64,000 bases of DNA from Macrostomum lignano (Eukaryota), in the NCBI GenBank assembly GCA_002269645.1, contig NIVC01001264.1:186001-250000 (forward strand), written 5' to 3'. This document shows, in pieces, positions 34,526 through 44,944 of this stretch (position 1 is its first letter; every line of letters starts with the position of its first letter). Both the position numbers and the translations under genes were made by a program. Under the pieces are notes generated by a model. The model worked only from the letters and a program-made list of their open reading frames with translations. It was not told where the DNA came from and searched no databases.

Positions 34526-34702
34526 GGCAATCTTCTAGTTTCGCACGTTTAATTATTTTACAAAAGATAACGACTTTCTTATCTTTCAGCAAAGCAAAGC
34601 TTTAACAAAGTTTTTAAAAACAGTTTGAATTAAATGTGCCCCTTGATTGAGAAATTTGTTATCAAACGTAAAATAATTAAACTGCGAAACTAGAAGATTG
34701 CC
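34526..34702. mobile_element. 177-bp MITE with GG termini and an 8-bp TSD (Merlin-like)
   Basis: TIR GGCAATCTTCTAGTTTCGCA.GTTTAATTATTT; flanks GTGGCTCC / ATGGCTCC (1 mismatch). Confidence 0.75.
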
Positions 34703-34904
34703 ATGGCTCCTCCCAGAGTCCCAGGTCGACACCCTATAGTTAGCTTTTAATTTAATTTAAACCTGTAATTATAAAATACATCTAGTTTTTTGTGTTTGGT
34801 TTATTTTACTATTTCCCTGTTTGGCCTAATAAAGAGGCCTAGTTTATTAAATAAGGGCCTACTTGCTTGTTGCAATTTGCAAATATATAAAAATAATTGT
34901 ATAT

Positions 34905-35960
34905 ATTATTATTATTATTATTAAACAACTAGCTTAGCTCAGGGGTCAGCAAAGCACCCATTGGTAGAAGACAGCTGAGTCCAGCCTAGCTACAGATTGA
35001 GGGGTAAAGCCTAGAGCCTGAGCCTGCAAGTCAGTGAGAAAGGTATCAGTCAGAGTGGTATAGCATCCCTGGCCCCAGTGGAGTCTTTTACAAGGTAGGC
35101 TGAGTAGCAGGTAAGCAGGTTAGTGAGCTAGGGTCCAGTGTCCCATGTGTAGGGCTGTAGGCCCACAAGCAGTGGCCAATCAACATCTGGTGCCGCCTTT
35201 GCAAAGTGCAACCCAGGGGTAGCATATAAGTCTGGGCTATCAGCTTAGTATTGCTCACATGCTTGGAGAACTGGATGCCCAGGGCATTGCGCAGGAAGTG
35301 ACGATGGCAGGTCTTTAAGCTTGCCTCATAAGTGGAATGGCAGTCATGGAGATGGCTTCTAGCCCATAGTTCAACACTATCTCAATTGCCAAGCAGAAGA
35401 AAGCAACCTTCAGGCTGTTGGAGGCAAGTTGGCAGTTGAAGATAGAGTGGAGAAGGTGGGAGGCCTGCCATGCCAGCTGCTTGCGATTGTTGACAATGGC
35501 ATCTGGGTCAATGACCAAGATGCCTAGATATTTGAACTAGTTGCATGGGGCAATGATGTTGCCGTCTAGTAGAGTAGTGGTGAAGAGTTGGCAATGCCAA
35601 CATGTAGTACCTTTGTCTTGCTATAGTTGATATGGAGCCCCATGCACTTCCCTTTGTTAGCTAGCCAACTCACCGCCCTCTATGCAGCTTTGGGGCTGCA
35701 GCAGGTCAGCGCCAAGTTGTCGGCATAGGCAAGGCAGGTCAGCTTAACATGGAAAGCAAAAGCTGCAGCGAGGCACCACTTCATAGCCATCTTTGTTGTG
35801 CAAAGCCAGCTGCATTTGTATGACATAGTCAATCAGGAAATCAAATAGAAACAATGATAGGGTGTCACCTTGCAGGACCTTGGAGGTAGTGGCAAATTCA
35901 GCTGTACCATGGTAGAGCCATGTTCAGTCTGGACAAAAGCCATGGACAAGCTATAAAGGT
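34905..35960 (-). pseudogene. Degenerate 5'-truncated LINE (RTE-like) RT with a (TAA)n tail
   Basis: Minus strand gives VLQGDTLSLFLF, LAYADNLAL and FKYLG; (TAA)n at 34905-34922. Confidence 0.8.
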
Positions 35961-37084
35961 CTATGATCGCCTAAACCTATATATACATTAGCATTAGGTT
36001 AGGCTAACACTTATCTATAGCCATAGGCCATTGCCCATACTTGATGTTGATATACTACTTATGCTATATGCTATGCATAACCAAAATTTTCTTATAATCT
36101 ACATTCAAAATACATGCAATAGTTTTTACAATTTATCTATTTTATCTATTTTTCAAATGACCAATTTATTGCATAGCCATAGGCCTATCTTATTTATAAC
36201 TATAATATATAATTAATTTTGTATGTTATAACTTTTAGTAGGCATAATTTAAAATCCTAGGCCTATATATGAAAATAGTTTTTCCATGATTTACTATAAT
36301 ATAAGAAAAAAATAGTAACAATAGTTTTAACCTAACTTAAGTCTTTATTAATATCATGCTAACTATATAACATGGATTTGTATAAAAAATCTATTGCTTT
36401 ATAACCTAACCTGGTTAGGGTTAAGGTTAGGTTTTTTGCTAGTGCCAGGATGCAAAATCATATCCAAGGTACATGTTAAAGATGCAAATTGGATAGTCAA
36501 GAAATTATATAAGATAAATATTGCATTAAAAAACCTAGCCTGGGTGCTGGGATATAAAAGGTCTAATTTATTTTAAGATGCAGTTTTGATAGTCAATATG
36601 CTATAGTATCTCTATTGCATAAAAAAGAAACCTAGTCCCTGACCTCAGAAACTAAAGAGCTATATTTGCATTGAAAATGAAAAATATTCATTTTAATTTA
36701 ACTCATTGTAACTATTCAATGTGCATATGGCATCAAAAATTGTCTTGTTTGAGTCCCCAACCTTAGAGACTTAAGAGTTCCAGGTTCATTAAAGATTTAT
36801 AACTGGCTATACTCATTTGTTTCTATTGCTTAAGTCTTTCAAGTCTCTGTTATTGAGTTGTCAATATTACTAAATTTGGAAAATATTCATTTTTATAATC
36901 ATATTATTCATATGCTTTATATCTAAAAACCTCTATCTGTAAGTGTAACTTCCCAATAGCCATATCCATAGCTATAGTGGAATAATAGCTTTCAGAAATC
37001 GTATATCAGAATAACATGAAATCTGCTCAAACTCATTGTTGTCCTATTGCTTACCATTTTCATGCTCAATCATCATCAGTGAAA

Positions 37085-37536
37085 ATGGAGCAGTACCTGG
37101 CCTGTCTAGAGCAGTTCTGGTCAAACACAGACCAAAATTTGCTAATAGATTTTGCTCTACCAAATTGCCTATTAACTGAACCATGCGTCCTAGGCATTGA
37201 CGAAGCTGGCAGAGGGCCAGTCCTTGGTCCCATGGTCTATGCTTGCGCTATTGGTCCACTGGAATCTGGCGAACCCCGCCTAAAGACTGTTGGCTTTGCC
37301 GATTCCAAGACGCTGACTGAGGAGCAGAGAGAGTCGCTGTTTGAGGCTGTAAACACGCCGCCTCTGTGCGATCAGTTTGGCTATTTTGTCAGTGCGCTGA
37401 GTCCGCACTATCTAACTAGCAATATGCTGGATTTGCCCAAAACTAATCTCAATACAATGTCTATGGACGCTGCTGTTGGATTAGTGCAACGGGCTATTGA
37501 TAGAGGAGTGCGACTGCAGCAAATCAAAGTTGATAC
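37085..37536 (+). CDS. RNASEH2A: Ribonuclease H2 subunit A, exon 1 up to the MITE insertion
   Basis: LGIDEAGRGPVLGPMVY, GFADSKTLTE, NLNTMSMD and IKVD motifs (catalytic D, E, D). Confidence 0.95.
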
Positions 37537-37815
37537 CCTGATTGCAGCGCATGGGCATTTTGGCGGACGGCGTCCGGCGCGGGTCTAATATGGCACGGCG
37601 CGGCGCGTACGGCGCGCGGCAATTAGTACGGCGCGGCGCGGTACTAATTAGATGCCGAGGCATTTAGGCTTGATAAGACAGTTATAGTTACTCCTGCCGT
37701 TTACCCAAAACTGCATTAATTTTGCTTTAGGGTTTCTTTCACAGGTAAGTCATTTCACAGCGTGGCGCAGGTTGTGTAGGCGTCTGGCGTACTTAAGCCA
37801 TGCGCTGCAATAGGG
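37537..37815. mobile_element. 279-bp MITE inserted in the RNASEH2A coding exon
   Basis: TIR CC(TG/CT)ATTGCAGCGCATGG; direct repeat GTTGATAC at 37529-37536 and 37816-37823 (7 bp if the terminal C belongs to the element). Confidence 0.88.
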
Positions 37816-37823
37816 GTTGATAC

Positions 37824-37847
37824 TGTTGGCAAACCAGAGGCCTATAG
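37824..37847 (+). CDS. RNASEH2A: RNASEH2A exon 1 remainder after the MITE
   Basis: (VDT)VGKPEAYR, then donor GTAAGT at 37848. Confidence 0.85.
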   Translation, partial: CWQTRGL

Positions 37848-37954
37848 GTAAGTTGATGTCAATGCTTTTTGGATGTTTAGTTGTATTGCATCCCTATATG
37901 AATGTGTATTTTAAGCTTCATCTTCCCTATAAATATTCCTAACATCCTCAATTT

Positions 37955-38665
37955 CGCCTTAGATTCACCCTTAGATCCCAAATCTCACCCTCAGATCCAA
38001 ATCTCACCCTCGGATCCACATCTCACTCTTGGATTTCCTATTTCACTCTCAGATTCCAAATCTCGCACTCCTATCCGAATCTCACTCTCAAATCCAAATT
38101 TCACCCTCAGATCTCCAATCTCACCCTCTGATCCCAAATCTTACCCTCTGATCCCAAATCTCACCCTTAGATCCAAATCTCGCCCTCTGATCCCAAATCT
38201 CACCCTCTGATCCCAAATCTCACCCTCAGATCCAAATCTCGCCCTCTGATCCAAATCTCACCCTTGGATTTGCTATTTCACTCTCAGATCCCAAATCTCG
38301 CACTCCTATCCAAATCTCACTCTCAGATCCAAATTTCACCCTCAGATCTCCAATCTCACCCTCTGATCACAAATCTCACCATCTGATCCCAAATCTCACC
38401 CTTAGATCTAAATTTCGCCCTCTGATCCCAAATCTCACCCTCTGATCCCAAATCTCACCCTCAGATCCAAATCTCGCCCTCTGATCCCAAATCTCATCCT
38501 TAAATCCAAATCTCACCCTCAGATACAAATCTCACCCTCGGATCTTTAATCTCACCCTCAGATCCAAATCTCGCCCTCTGATCCCAAATCTCACCCTTAA
38601 ATCCAAATCTCACCCTCAGATACAAATCTCACCCTCGGATCTTCAATCTCACCCTTGGATCTTCT
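37955..38665. repeat. ~19-20-bp degenerate tandem repeat (CCAAATCTCACCCTCAGAT) in the RNASEH2A intron
   Basis: Direct inspection. Confidence 0.9.
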
Positions 38666-38816
38666 TATTCTCAGATCCTGTAACTTTAGATCCCAAAGTG
38701 TTAGTTCGAGCTAAGCGAATTATACATTCAATAGTATCTCCGGTATCTGTTCCAGATAATCTATAATGATAATTGATTACTTAAGTTGATGCTTTCTTCT
38801 TTTAACTAAATTTCAG

Positions 38817-38916
38817 ACAAAAGTTGCTGCAAATTTTTCCTCACCTGGATGTAATCGTTGAGAGCAAGGCCGATTTGAACCATCCAATTGTGTCGGCCGC
38901 GAGTGTCTGCGCTAAG
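38817..38916 (+). CDS. RNASEH2A: RNASEH2A exon 2
   Basis: Acceptor TTTCAG; QKLLQIFPHLDVIVESKADLNHPIVSAASVCAK; donor GTTAGT. Confidence 0.92.
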
Positions 38917-39024
38917 GTTAGTGCAAAAATTATATAATATCCACGTCTCTAAGAAACTTTAGCCTTTCTACTTTGTAATTTAAGCGAACTTCTAGATCTA
39001 ATCTCAAACTGAAACTCCGCCCAG

Positions 39025-39465
39025 GTGACTCGCGATCGGCTGCTGCGCGGCTGGCGCTATAGGGAGAATCTGATCCCGGCGCCGCCACATGACCAGTGCG
39101 GCAGCGGCTACCCGGCCGAGCCAGCGACAAAGGCCTATCTGCGATCGGTCATCGACCCGGTGTTCGGCTTCCCCCAGCTGGTGCGCATGTCCTGGTCAAC
39201 AGCCGCCGTGCTCATGGAGAAGCACTGCGTCCCGCTGCGCTGGCCTGACGATGATGAAGAGGAGACTGGAAAGGGCAGCGGCGGGTCGTCTAGGAAGCGG
39301 CGGAGTCTGGCCCCGGCTGAGGCCGCTGCCTCCGTTCAGATGATGAAGCACTTTGCTCAGCGGGTGACTCCTACTGAGCAGCAGCAGCGGAGTCGGCTGC
39401 GGAGGCAGCTGCTGAACTGCGAGTTCTTTGCCAAGCACCAGCTGGCCTGGGTGACTGAGCTGTAG
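39025..39465 (+). CDS. RNASEH2A: RNASEH2A exon 3
   Basis: Acceptor CCAG; VTRD..GSGYP..DPVFGFPQLVRMSWST; stop TAG. Confidence 0.92.
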   Translation: MTRDRLLRGWRYRENLIPAPPHDQCGSGYPAEPATKAYLRSVIDPVFGFPQLVRMSWSTAAVLMEKHCVPLRWPDDDEEETGKGSGGSSRKRRSLAPAEAAASVQMMKHFAQRVTPTEQQQRSRLRRQLLNCEFFAKHQLAWVTEL

Positions 39466-39910
39466 CCTAATGGGGGAATTGTGCGCCAAGCACCAGCTGG
39501 CCAGGGTGACTGAGCTGTAGCCTAATGGGGGAATTGTGCGCCAAGCACCAGCTGGCCAGGGTGACTGAGCTGTAGCCTAATGGGGGAATTGTGCGCCAAG
39601 CACCAGCTGGCCAGGGTGACTGAGCTGTAGCCTAATGGGGGAATTGTGCGCCAAGCACCAGCTGGCCAGGGTGACTGAGCTGTAGCCTAATGGGGGAATT
39701 GTGCGCCAAGCACCAGCTGGCCTGGGTGACTGAGCTGTAGCCTAATGGGGGAATTGTGCGCCAAGCACCAGCTGGCCAGGGTGACTGAGCTGTAGCCTAA
39801 TGGGGGAATTGTGCGCCAAGCACCAGCTGGCCAGGGTGACTGAGCTGTAGCCTAATGGGGGAATTGTGCGCCAAGCACCAGCTGGCCAGGGTGACTGAGC
39901 TGTAGCCTAA
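39431..39910 (+). repeat. 55-bp tandem repeat (~8.7 copies) containing the last codons and stop codon of RNASEH2A
   Basis: CCAAGCACCAGCTGGCC units at 39431, 39486, 39541 and onward. Confidence 0.96.
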
Positions 39911-40349
39911 TTTAAGATTTTTCATCTATTTTTGTAAGCTTTGTTAGTACTTAATGTACAAATAAAATTGTGGTCTTGCTGTAGTTTTATGCCATAAGCG
40001 TATTTGACTTGTAGTATGCATATATATATTTGCTTAGTTTATTTTTTATCAATAATGAAATGCATTTTAAAATAAACTTTGATAAAGCGCATCAACTAAA
40101 ATGCTTGAAATTTTCTAACTTTATCGATCGTCTGTAATCTGTAAATAATATATATTAATTAGTTGTTTACCTATTTGTTACTTTTCCGCCGAATTCATAA
40201 AATTTAATAAAAATCGCTGCTTACTTACTATATGTAGTTTCTTGGCTGCTGAAAGTTAAACAAGCTTAAGAATGCAGAAATTAATACAAATGGAAATTGC
40301 GCTGAAATTGAAATTCTATTTGGTAGGTATGAAAAAATTGAACATGAAC

Positions 40350-40480
40350 TTTGGCACCGCAGGCACTCATTTTGACGCCACAGGCACTCATTTTGGCGCC
40401 GCAGGCACTCATTTTGGCGCCGCAGGCACTCATTTTGGCGCCACAGGCACTCATTTTGGCGCCGCATGCAGGCACTCATC
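40350..40480. repeat. 21-bp tandem repeat (TTTGGCGCCGCAGGCACTCAT), ~6 copies
   Basis: Direct inspection. Confidence 0.92.
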
Positions 40481-40869
40481 TTCATACTACGGGTGTCAAA
40501 TTTTCCTGTATTTGACTGAACGTACGTGCATTTAGTCATAGTCGGGGGAGTGCATCGACCATTTCTCAGGTTTAAATCGGCTGCCGCTTGTATATGTACA
40601 TGTAAATGAACATGTGGTAAATCTGATGAGGAACTATGCACACATGCGCGAGTTGCACCCCGGAAAGAGCTGAGATTTGATAGATAATTAAAAATCAGTA
40701 GGAAAGAGAGAACGAGGCTGCGTGACCACCCACCCCATTATCCTGTCTTTCCGTTGCATGGCAGCACGTAATTAAATGTGTCAAGTGTACAATTGATTCA
40801 ATCGATTACTCGTTTATACGCAAAGCATCGAGAGAGTTTTTAATTGCATCGAAACTTTCTGACTAATGC

Positions 40870-42460
40870 CTTCGTGTGTTCCAAAGAAGGAGACACTGAT
40901 TCATAGGCTGTGTACATTGACAATGCAGGGTATTGCAGCACGCAGGGTAAGGTTGGCTTTGGTAGACGTGCGGATTTGCTTGGTTCGCATTGTTCATATA
41001 TGTGCATCGATTTTTTTTCTTGCTAACTGCTTCTATGGGGATGTATAGACGACGTAATCAGAGATAGGGTTTTGGTTGGAGGAGGCTCAATATATGGGTC
41101 CGTGCGGTGAAAAAATCTGCTTGCTTCGTCAAAATGTACATTGGATTGAGAGAGAGGCCGGTCGAATTTCGTTGACAGCTAGAAATGGAAAGGTTTGGTC
41201 AGAGAATAGGGGTATATGTGTGTTTTGGCTCTATTCAAAATGGGTCTGTGCTGCGAAGACGAGTCCATTGACCATTGGGTGTTGGCTGTTTTGCCAATTC
41301 AGCATACTGAACCTGTCAAGCTGATTGCCTCATGAGTCACTTTTCTGGGTATGTGTAGGAGAGAGAGGCCTGGGAGAGACAAGGGCTCGATTTGGTAAAA
41401 AGATTGACTCGATTCTGTTGGGTGGGTCCTCTGGCCCCATTCGTATTGGCTAATTTGGCGAATTGGCAAATCTACTTGCATTGGTTAAATTATTGAATAT
41501 GGTCAGAGTTGAAGAATTTGGAGGATGAATCAAGATGTAAAGTTGGCAACAACAACACTGATTCACCACATCTAAAAGATGACTGCTAGGAGCTTCGGAA
41601 ATAATACTACTGTACACAGCAGCATCAACAAAAGGTATTAAATTGTCAATCGAAATCGACCCGTAGATGTGCGATTTTGCATGGTTCACAGTGTTCATAT
41701 GTGCATCGAAAAATTTTGTTTCTTGCTAACTGCTCCTATGGGGGAGGGGTATGACGTAATCAAGATAGGGTTTTGGTTGGAGGAGGCTCAATATGGGTCC
41801 GTGCTGTGAAAATATCAGTTTGTACACTGAAATTGGAGAGGGAGGGTCGGAATTCCTTGACAGTTAGAAATGGTAAGGTCAGAGAGACAGGGACGAGTGG
41901 TTCTGTTCTACATGGGTCTGTGCTGTGAAGACGAGTCTAATGAACATTGTGTGTTGGCTGTTTTGCCAATTCAGTAATAAAACCTGTCCAGCTGATTGCC
42001 GCATGAGTCACTTTTCTCGGTGGGTGCAGAAGGAGAGAGAGAGGTCTGGGAGGGACAGTTTAAATGTCAATCGAAATCAACGGACCGCTTCGCAGACTGT
42101 ATATGTTAAAATTATTATAGCTAGGTTTATAGCAAACTGTACGTTTTAACCCAATATTCAAGAATAATCCTTCCCGACTTCTTGAGGGGTATTACACGTA
42201 CCAAATACACACATTTGAATGATGAAACAGCATTTTTGACGATTAAGTTGTAAAAATTATGGTTTCTGCTGATGAAGTGATTAATTTTGTTCAATAAAGT
42301 CTGCATTTTAACGTTAAAAAGAGTCAAAACTGTGAAAAATTGACCTTTTTAAAACGAAAATGTGCAATTTCTAGTAATTTAGCTTTCAATTAAAATGTTT
42401 TGGGTGGAATTCCAACTTGGGCAGGGGTGTGCATATAGAGATCAGTGTGTGACTCATTCC
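40870..42460. repeat. Long-unit degenerate repeat (~700-bp units) plus the first ~250-bp satellite monomer; continues beyond the Maverick
   Basis: GACGTAATC..GGGTTTTGGTTGGAGGAGGCTCAATA at ~41050 and ~41750, with a homologue at ~60215; GACACTGATTCATAGGCTGTGTACATT at ~40890 and 60061. Confidence 0.75.
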
Positions 42461-42844
42461 AGTAGAAGGCATGAGGGGGCTTCTGGGACAAAATTTTTCA
42501 CCTCCTCCATAATCCACCTAAATCCATCCATATTATCCCTGACAGAATCAGAAAAAAGGGGGGTCGCACTCGCTCACAAAACATCCTCCATAATCCACCT
42601 AAATCCATCCATATTATCCCTGACAGAATCAGAATTAAAGGGGGTCGCACTTGCTCCGAAAACTTCGAACATAATTCTATTAAATCCATCCATTATTATC
42701 CCTGACAGAATCAGAGCATAACAGATGTCCACTAACACCTGTTATGCTCATTGACACCGACATCCACCCATAACATTTCTAAAACAATCAGAAAATAATC
42801 TGCATTCTTCTCCCCACATTCAATTCGCAACGCGAAATCAGATC
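42461..42844 (+). repeat. Left TIR of the Maverick, with internal ~75-bp repeats
   Basis: Reverse complement of 58445-58851; outer ~90 bp identical. Confidence 0.92.
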
Positions 42845-43035
42845 GTAGTTGCCAACTACAAGGTAGTACCTTGTTTACGTAAGTTCTACGTAAAAATAAA
42901 ACCCATGCCATGCGCTCCACATGTGCTTTCCATTCTCTCCATTGGCTGAAGTTATAAGGTAGTACCTTGTAGTTGCCAACTACAAGGTACTACCTTGTAG
43001 TTGGCAACTACATGCAACTGCCGGGTATATAAACA
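42845..43035 (+). promoter_or_regulatory. Palindrome cluster plus TATA box upstream of the first Maverick gene
   Basis: 41-bp palindrome at 42956-42996, GTAGTTG-N-CAACTAC at 42845 and 42997, reverse CCAAT at ~42941, TATATAAA at ~43025. Confidence 0.65.
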
Positions 43036-43108
43036 GCCGATTCACACCGCACCTCGCCCCGCCTCGACTCGCCCTGCCTCGCCTAGCCTCACCTTGCTCT
43101 CTTCTGTC

Positions 43109-43398
43109 ATGAATTCGAAGGCGAAACAGCAGCCGACAAAAATTATCGATACAATTAAAAGTATCAGTAGCAAAGACATCGCAAGCACGGCTGTCGCGAT
43201 TACCGCCATTAACGAAGAGGAGCGGGCCTCACTGTTTGAATGCTTGCAAAAAATCGATCGTGAATCGTTGAAAAAAGAGAAATCCGACGAGGCCAAGCGC
43301 TCCAGTAATGACAAGGAGCGCCGAGAGGCACGCTTCATAGCGCGTCTAAAAGAGAGTCTCAAAAAAATTAAAAATGAGCAGATCGACATCAAGACGCG
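43109..43398 (+). CDS. Maverick orphan gene, exon 1 (charged helical region)
   Basis: ATG 43109 (MNSKAK); donor CG|GTAAGT at 43399. Confidence 0.75.
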
Positions 43399-43536
43399 GT
43401 AAGTTTTTTTTGCTTATTCTATTATTTGCAATCCTTGACTTGGTTAAAACGTGATTTAAATTACTTAAGGTTTTTATGATTTCTAGAAAGCGAAACATAT
43501 TTTACATTATGATTCCGTGTTATTGCTTTTTTTTAG

Positions 43537-43987
43537 TTTCTACAACGCTAAAGCGTTATGCTTGGCCGACGTTCAAACGGATGTGGACGGAATGTTGACG
43601 CAGTTCGCCAGTTTAGAGTCCTTCATTGGGGACTTGGAGGTGCTCACCTGTCTGGCGAGAAAAAAGCAGGCGGAGATCCTCGCGTCTATTAAGACCCAAG
43701 GTCTCTCAACAGAAGGAGCCGCCAAGCGACTGGACATCGACCCCAAGTTCGCCGAACGACTGTACACCTTCCACGGGTTCATCAGGAAGTACCCAAATTT
43801 AGTCTTCTCCGGGTACTCGTTCGAGTCGCTGCTCACATACAAAAGAGCGATCGAGAAAGAGGCGGAGCAGGACGACAACTTCTGCTGCAAGTTGGAGACT
43901 GATATTGCCATCGTGTTTGAAGGAGAGAACGAGGACGCCTTGCTGGAGGAGACTACGATGGAGTTGGCGACTGCATCAGTCGACTAA
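43537..43987 (+). CDS. Maverick orphan gene, exon 2 (HTH-like segment, acidic tail)
   Basis: Acceptor T-rich TTTTAG 43535-43536, in phase with exon 1; STEGAAKRLDIDPKFAERLY; acidic C-terminus. Confidence 0.75.
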
Positions 43988-44039
43988 GCCAAGGATGAAT
44001 AAACTAAACAAATTGTAACGTAAAAAAATTAATCCTGTT

Positions 44040-44910
44040 ATTTTACCTTGAAAACTAGTTTACATTGATAAAATCCTGGAAAAAAATCCTGGAGATCCAG
44101 GAAAGTGTTTAGAGGACTACTATGAGTAGTTTACATTGATAAAATCCTAGAAAAAAATCCTGGAAAAAAATCCTGGAGATCCAGGAAAGTGTTAGAAGAC
44201 TACTATGAGTAGTTTACATTGATAAAATCCTGGAAAAAAATCCTGGAAAAAAATCCTGGAGATCCAGGAAAGTGTTTAGAAAACTACTATTAGTAGCTTA
44301 CATTGATAAAATCCTGGAAAAAAATCCTGGAAAAAAATCCTGGAGATCCAGGAAAGTGTTTAGAGGACTACTATGAGTAGTTTACATTGATAAAATCCTG
44401 GAAAAAAATCCTGGAAAAAAATCCTGGAGATCCAGGAAAGTGTTTAGAATTTTTTTCGAAGCTAAGCCTACTCGTAGTGTTTTCAATGTAATAATAACTG
44501 GATGAATTAACTAAGCAAATTATTATAAGTAACTTTGAACAACTTTGTATTAATGTTTTTTTGTTTATTAACATAAAATAAAATATTTAACCATGCTCTT
44601 CACTTATTAAAATTAAAAAAATAATCCTGTTATTTTACCCTGAAAACTACTATGAGCGGCTTACATTGATAAAATCCTGGATAAAATCCTGGAAAAAAAA
44701 TCCTGGAAAAAAATCCTGGAGATCCAGGAAAGTGTTTAGAACTTTTTTCGAAGCTAAGCCTACTCATAGTAGTTTTCAATGAAATAATAACTGAATGAAT
44801 TAACTAAGCAAATTATTATATGTAACTTTGAACAACTTTGTATTAATTTTTTTTTGTTTATTAACATAAAATAAAATATTTAACCAAGCTCTTCACTTAT
44901 TACAATTTAA
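44040..44910. repeat. Internal non-coding repeat region of the Maverick (TCCTGGA modules with the palindrome TCCTGGAGATCCAGGA; ~300-bp duplication)
   Basis: About 7 copies of TTACATTGATAAAATCCTGG..TCCTGGAGATCCAGGAAAGTG. Confidence 0.9.
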
Positions 44911-44944
44911 TATCGATGAGTCTTTTTTTTAAATCCTTTCCGAC

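Noticed and set aside
37529-37823. Introner (MITE spliced out precisely using the GT of the TSD and the terminal AG)
   Set aside because: The AG at 37812-37813 leaves 2 extra nt; adding the 14-nt internal microexon gives +16; neither restores the frame
40228-40641. Cys-rich repeat proteins (MSACGAK, RQNECLR)
   Set aside because: Translations of a 21-bp tandem repeat
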